DNA of 64,000 nucleotides. Origin: an uncultured cyanobacterium. GTDB lineage: Bacteria; Cyanobacteriota; Cyanobacteriia; Pseudanabaenales; Pseudanabaenaceae. Shown here piece by piece: positions 60,179 to 64,000 of the stretch. Where the stretch lies: contig OY969811.1 of NCBI GenBank assembly GCA_963703315.1, positions 4,320,001 to 4,384,000 of the forward strand, written 5' to 3'. Within the stretch, counting starts at the first letter, position 1. Every line of letters starts with the position of its first letter. Below the pieces are notes generated by a model. The model worked only from the letters and a program-made list of their open reading frames with translations. It made no database searches and had not been told where the DNA came from. The position numbers and the translations under genes are program-made.

Positions 60179-60520
60179 ATGATTAAGAAAAGTTTTTTGA
60201 TTTCTGCAAGCCTGATTGCTGTTAGTTTAGTGGCAAATGTCACTTCCGCTTCTGCTGAGCAGTGGTATTTCTATGTTAAAAATAGCAGCAATTCTACAAT
60301 CAAGAAATTACTGGTAGGGGAGCCAGAAAAGACTTGGGGACAGTTTGATATTGGCTCAGGCATTGCTGTGGGGGAGAATACGAAGATGGTTTGGGATAGC
60401 TCCACTGACAATCAACAGTGCAAACAATGGATTAAAGCTCAATTTGCAGATGGTAGCGAAAGCGCTCCAGCATACATTGACTTTTGCAAAAATCTCGATG
60501 ACCCAATCGTATTCCAGTAA
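60179..60520 (+). CDS. Hypothetical secreted protein
   Basis: Signal peptide ending ASA; two Cys; beta-rich. Confidence 0.65.
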   Translation: MIKKSFLISASLIAVSLVANVTSASAEQWYFYVKNSSNSTIKKLLVGEPEKTWGQFDIGSGIAVGENTKMVWDSSTDNQQCKQWIKAQFADGSESAPAYIDFCKNLDDPIVFQ

Positions 60521-60662
60521 ATCAAGTTTGCTTCTACTTCTCAAGGGGAATGGAGTTTAGAAGTCAAGACAAAGAAAGAGTGAGCAAAGCTCACTCTTTC
60601 TTTGTCTTGACTAACTATAAAAGAGAGGGTTGGCGCTTCGCGCCACCACTCTCTTTTGGGTT

Positions 60663-61256
60663 TTATTGGGGAGATTCAAGGACGCGATCGATTAAGCCGT
60701 ATGCAAGAGATTCCTGTGAAGACATATAGTAATCACGATTCATATCACGCTCGATCTTTTCAAGGGGCTGTCCAGTGCGCTTAGCATATTCCTCATTGAG
60801 CTTTTGGCGAATGCGAATAATTTCTCTCGCCTCAATCTCAATATCCGAGGCTTGTCCCCTTGTACCACCTGAAGGTTGGTGAATCATGATTCGCGCATTG
60901 GGCAAAGCATAGCGCTTACCTTTAGAGCCTGCCATCAACAAATAGGAACCCATCGAAGCGGCTAAGCCTACACAAATGGTTGTTACATCGGACTTGATAT
61001 GCTGCATGGTATCAAAGATCGCCAACCCTGCGGAGACCGATCCCCCAGGGGAATTGATATACATATAGATATCTTTGTTTTGATCTTCAGAATCGAAGTA
61101 CAGCAGGCGGGCAATGATCGAATTTGCCATCCCATCTGTAACTTCGCCACTTAAGAAAATGATGCGCTCCATGGATAGACGCTCGTAGATGCTAATCCAC
61201 TGCGTAAAGGAGTCTCCAGGATAGCGATAGGGAACTCTAGGAACACCGATGGGCAT
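60663..61256 (-). CDS. clpP: ATP-dependent Clp protease proteolytic subunit (ClpP3-type)
   Basis: [27 protein letters not shown]. Confidence 0.95.
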   Translation of the reverse strand: MPIGVPRVPYRYPGDSFTQWISIYERLSMERIIFLSGEVTDGMANSIIARLLYFDSEDQNKDIYMYINSPGGSVSAGLAIFDTMQHIKSDVTTICVGLAASMGSYLLMAGSKGKRYALPNARIMIHQPSGGTRGQASDIEIEAREIIRIRQKLNEEYAKRTGQPLEKIERDMNRDYYMSSQESLAYGLIDRVLESPQ

Positions 61257-61349
61257 AGTTTTGTTAATTATTTTTCAAGTGTTGAAAATCTCTAAAATCT
61301 GAATATTAGGATGTGCGGCGCTTCGCGCCGCACATCCTAATATTTGGTT

Positions 61350-62051
61350 TTAAACAAGGGCAGGAAGAGCTTTTGGTAAATCCTTAGTACTTTCAAGGAC
61401 GCGATCGATGAGACCATACTCTTTAGCTTGCTCAGGAGTCATATAGAACATCCGATCCATATCCTTAGTTAGTACTTCAGGTGTTTTACCAGTGGTACGG
61501 GAGAGGATGCGTAACATTGCTTCTCGGTTAGTCAAGACTTCCTTTGCCTGAATTTGCAGATCAGAGGCTTGTCCTCTGGTTTGGCGGCGAGCTTGATGTA
61601 ACACAATGGTGGCGTTGGGTAAACTGGCGCGGAAACCTTTAGTGCCACTAGCGAGGATCATCGCTGCTGTTCCCATTGCTTGTCCGAGGCAAATCGTATG
61701 CACGGGAGGCTTGATATAGTTGAGTGTGTCACAAATGGCAAAGGCTTCGGTTTCAAAGCCGATCGCATCACCTGTGTACCAAGATGTCCCCGTGGAGTTG
61801 ATATATAGGAAAATCGGTTTTTCGGGATCTTCGTATTGCAAATATAAAAGTTGGGCGATGAGCAATTCTGTAACATCGACACCAAGCTGCTGTTTGTATT
61901 CGTCGGGTGATACAAGAGGCAACCCAAAATAAATAATTCGCTCTTTCAGTAATAGCGAAGGTAAGTCAGGCGGCGGTGTGCGTCCGTATGACGAATCCCC
62001 TGAATAGGCGGCTTGTGCGGCTTGGGGAACAGAGCGAGAAGGTCGATCCAT
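61350..62051 (-). CDS. clpR: ClpR non-catalytic subunit
   Basis: PPPDLPSLLL.ERI, YINSTG, QAMGTA (catalytic Ser absent). Confidence 0.92.
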   Translation of the reverse strand: MDRPSRSVPQAAQAAYSGDSSYGRTPPPDLPSLLLKERIIYFGLPLVSPDEYKQQLGVDVTELLIAQLLYLQYEDPEKPIFLYINSTGTSWYTGDAIGFETEAFAICDTLNYIKPPVHTICLGQAMGTAAMILASGTKGFRASLPNATIVLHQARRQTRGQASDLQIQAKEVLTNREAMLRILSRTTGKTPEVLTKDMDRMFYMTPEQAKEYGLIDRVLESTKDLPKALPALV

Positions 62052-62227
62052 GTTTATTCGTGTTGATGACACTAACACTGTTAGCTTATCACAGCGATCC
62101 CACTGCTTATAGGCAACACTCGCGAAGATTGAGTAGGGTTAGCCGCCTATGGCTAAATGTCTAGCGCGATCGCTTCAATAGCAAGTTTTATCCCAATTCC
62201 CAAAAGTGTTGTCACACTTTCGCAAAC

Positions 62228-62347
62228 TATAAGCAAAGCAAGCTTTGCTGAGGACATAAAACCCAAAAAGTGAGTGGCGGCGCTTCGCGCCGCCACTCAC
62301 TTTTTGGGTTTTAGTTTGGTTTGGCATTTTGCGATGTATTGCTGCTA
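62228..62347. mobile_element. MITE-like hairpin element overlapping the rnhB 3' end
   Basis: AGGACATAAAACCCAAAAAGTGAGTGGCGGCGC ttc GCGCCGCCACTCACTTTTTGGGTTTTA; right boundary approximate. Confidence 0.7.
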
Positions 62348-62964
62348 TTACAGTGAGCCTTTAATTTAAAAGTTTTGCGGTGTAGCTCACTGTAACCAAT
62401 CTGGGCGATCGCCTCTCGATGTTTAACAGTTCCATAACCTTTATTTGTCGCAATGTCATACCCCTTGTAGATGTTGGCAAGTTCGAGCATTTGCCGATCT
62501 CGCCATACTTTAGCAACTATGCTCGCTGCCGCAATCGAGATTGATAGAGCATCGCCCTTAACTACCGTTGTTTGAGGAATGGGAGCAATTAATTGAAATC
62601 TTAAAAGTTGATTGCCATCCACCAAGCAATATTTGGGTTGGGGCTGTAACTTGGCGATCGCCCTTTCCATTGCCAGTAAACTGGCGGCAAGGATATTCAT
62701 TTGATCAATTTCTACAACTGAAGCAGTGCCAATTTCACAGGCGATCGCCACTTCACGAATGATCCGATCTAATTTCTCACGTCGTTGCGGTGACAGTTTT
62801 TTGCTATCAGTGACACCGAGATTCGCTAAGTCTGCTAATTGATCAATAGGTAAGATTACTGCCGCCGCCGCCACTTCTCCAAATAATGCGCCTCGACCAA
62901 CTTCATCAACCCCTGCGACAGGATGATGTTGGATTTCTAGCGATCGGATGTATTCTCGTTCCAT
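62311..62964 (-). CDS. rnhB: Ribonuclease HII
   Basis: GVDEVGRG, DSKKL, VDGN, KGD, AASIVAK, KGYGT..H, HRKTF. Confidence 0.95.
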   Translation of the reverse strand: MEREYIRSLEIQHHPVAGVDEVGRGALFGEVAAAAVILPIDQLADLANLGVTDSKKLSPQRREKLDRIIREVAIACEIGTASVVEIDQMNILAASLLAMERAIAKLQPQPKYCLVDGNQLLRFQLIAPIPQTTVVKGDALSISIAAASIVAKVWRDRQMLELANIYKGYDIATNKGYGTVKHREAIAQIGYSELHRKTFKLKAHCNSSNTSQNAKPN

Positions 62965-62966
62965 GA

Positions 62967-63218
62967 TATAGCTGTCGCCAGTTGTGTTATCCCAAAACAG
63001 AGTGGCGGCGCAAAGCGCCGCCACTCTGTTTTGGGTTTTATATTTTAACTGCTATGGCTGTAACTATGAGATTAAGAAACTTTTTGTAAATTTAGGTCGT
63101 CTGTCATTTTTATAGCTGTTAGCTGTCGCCAGTCTTGTTAGGAATTAAAAAGACAAGTTGCGGCGCTTCGCGCCGCAACTTGTCTTTTGGGGTTTTAATA
63201 CAAATAGCGATCGCTATA
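62967..63218. mobile_element. Two TAGCTGTCGCCA-type MITE-like elements (62967-63055, 63111-63218)
   Basis: CCCAAAACAGAGTG-core-CACTCTGTTTTGGG and AAAAGACAAGTT-core-AACTTGTCTTTT. Confidence 0.75.
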
Positions 63219-63355
63219 TCAACGTACTATGTTGCAAGCGACTTACGGAATTCAGGCTAAATTTAGATTAAGTCTGAGTCGAATTTGTCAGAATATCTAG
63301 AAATATGATTTAAACTTTGCTAACTACCTATAGCCTGATATTTTCGGGGAAAATT

Positions 63356-64000
63356 ATGAAGCGTCATTTGCAATTTGTATCTGCATCCCTATTAGCCGCA
63401 TTGGTTAGTGTCGCCACAGCGATGCCTAGCTTCGCCGCCGATCCATTTCGTACTAGCAATCCTAGAGCGATCGGCAGTGAAACCCAAAAAGTATTTGAAT
63501 TAATGTTCAAAGAAGGGAATTATGTGGCGGCAGTGAAACAGTTAGATCTAGCGATTAGAACTGAAGCTAACGATCCACTTTTGTTTGCGCTAAGAGCTTC
63601 GACTTTCTATGCTACAGGAGACTATCTGGGAATGCAGGTAGCTGGTAAGAGGGTGCGGGTCAATGCTGAGGCGCTGAGGGGGAAGGATGATCTAAGAGCC
63701 TATATCTATTTAGCCGCGAGCGACCTGATCGAGGCAGGATATATTATCAAAACTGACGGTATATCTAGTACGCCTAGAGCTTTGCCACTTGTGCAAAGTG
63801 TCTTTGACAACATCAAAAAAGCACAAGATATTGCCCCGAACGATCCTGAACTGAATTTGATTAAGGGTTACATGGATATCTTGATTGCTTCAGCATTACC
63901 CTTGTCTGACCTTGAATCAGCTTTGACAAGTCTTAAAGAATACGCCTCTCCTGATTATCTAAAATGGCGCGGTATTGCGATGGCATACCGTGATGCTCGT
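63356..64000 (+). CDS. Secreted TPR protein (Sll0314/Alr1548-like), 3'-partial; not in the ORF track
   Basis: Own translation: MKRHLQ...AADPFRTSNPRAIG...F.EGNY...DPELNLIKGYMD...WRGIAMAYRD; open to the window end. Confidence 0.8.
   Translation, partial: MKRHLQFVSASLLAALVSVATAMPSFAADPFRTSNPRAIGSETQKVFELMFKEGNYVAAVKQLDLAIRTEANDPLLFALRASTFYATGDYLGMQVAGKRVRVNAEALRGKDDLRAYIYLAASDLIEAGYIIKTDGISSTPRALPLVQSVFDNIKKAQDIAPNDPELNLIKGYMDILIASALPLSDLESALTSLKEYASPDYLKWRGIAMAYRDAR

Noticed and set aside
62965..63024. N-terminal extension of rnhB in the ORF track
   Set aside because: It lies within a hairpin element; ATG 62964 fits better.
15906..63218. Conserved-core hairpins as a CRISPR array
   Set aside because: Copies are dispersed singly, the variable parts are self-complementary arms rather than spacers, and no cas genes are present.
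1..64000. HIP1 (GCGATCGC) abundance as a novelty
   Set aside because: This is a well-known cyanobacterial feature; it was used only as a marker of resident versus recently acquired DNA.

Overview
Chromosomal window from a filamentous cyanobacterium, probably Pseudanabaena-like. The HIP1 octamer GCGATCGC is very frequent, and psb27, carboxysomal ccaA, cphA and clpR-clpP are present. The housekeeping backbone includes menF, prfA, rpmE, selO, hisI, leuB, desC, phoU, menC and rnhB. A complete PatA-CheY-CheW-MCP-MCP-CheA chemosensory operon (16.5-29.7 kb) has one MCP carrying a ~1,240-aa acidic repeat tail. Three small accessory or defence-like patches hold mazEF, two ABC-ATPase+TOPRIM pairs, Fic, a broken higBA, a TcmP-like gene with a nonsense-interrupted radical SAM gene, and brnTA between HIP1-rich direct repeats. 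A NACHT protein and three Uma2 paralogs are also present. A TetR/tyrosine-recombinase-fold fusion lies divergent from desC, with twin palindromic operators between them. Almost every intergenic region holds a long hairpin or a TA-flanked ~100-112 bp MITE-like element. Their stem sequences differ between copies yet stay complementary, and some stems run into gene 3' ends. No rRNA, tRNA, CRISPR array or intact transposase was recognised. All calls come from motif recognition by eye; no searches were run.
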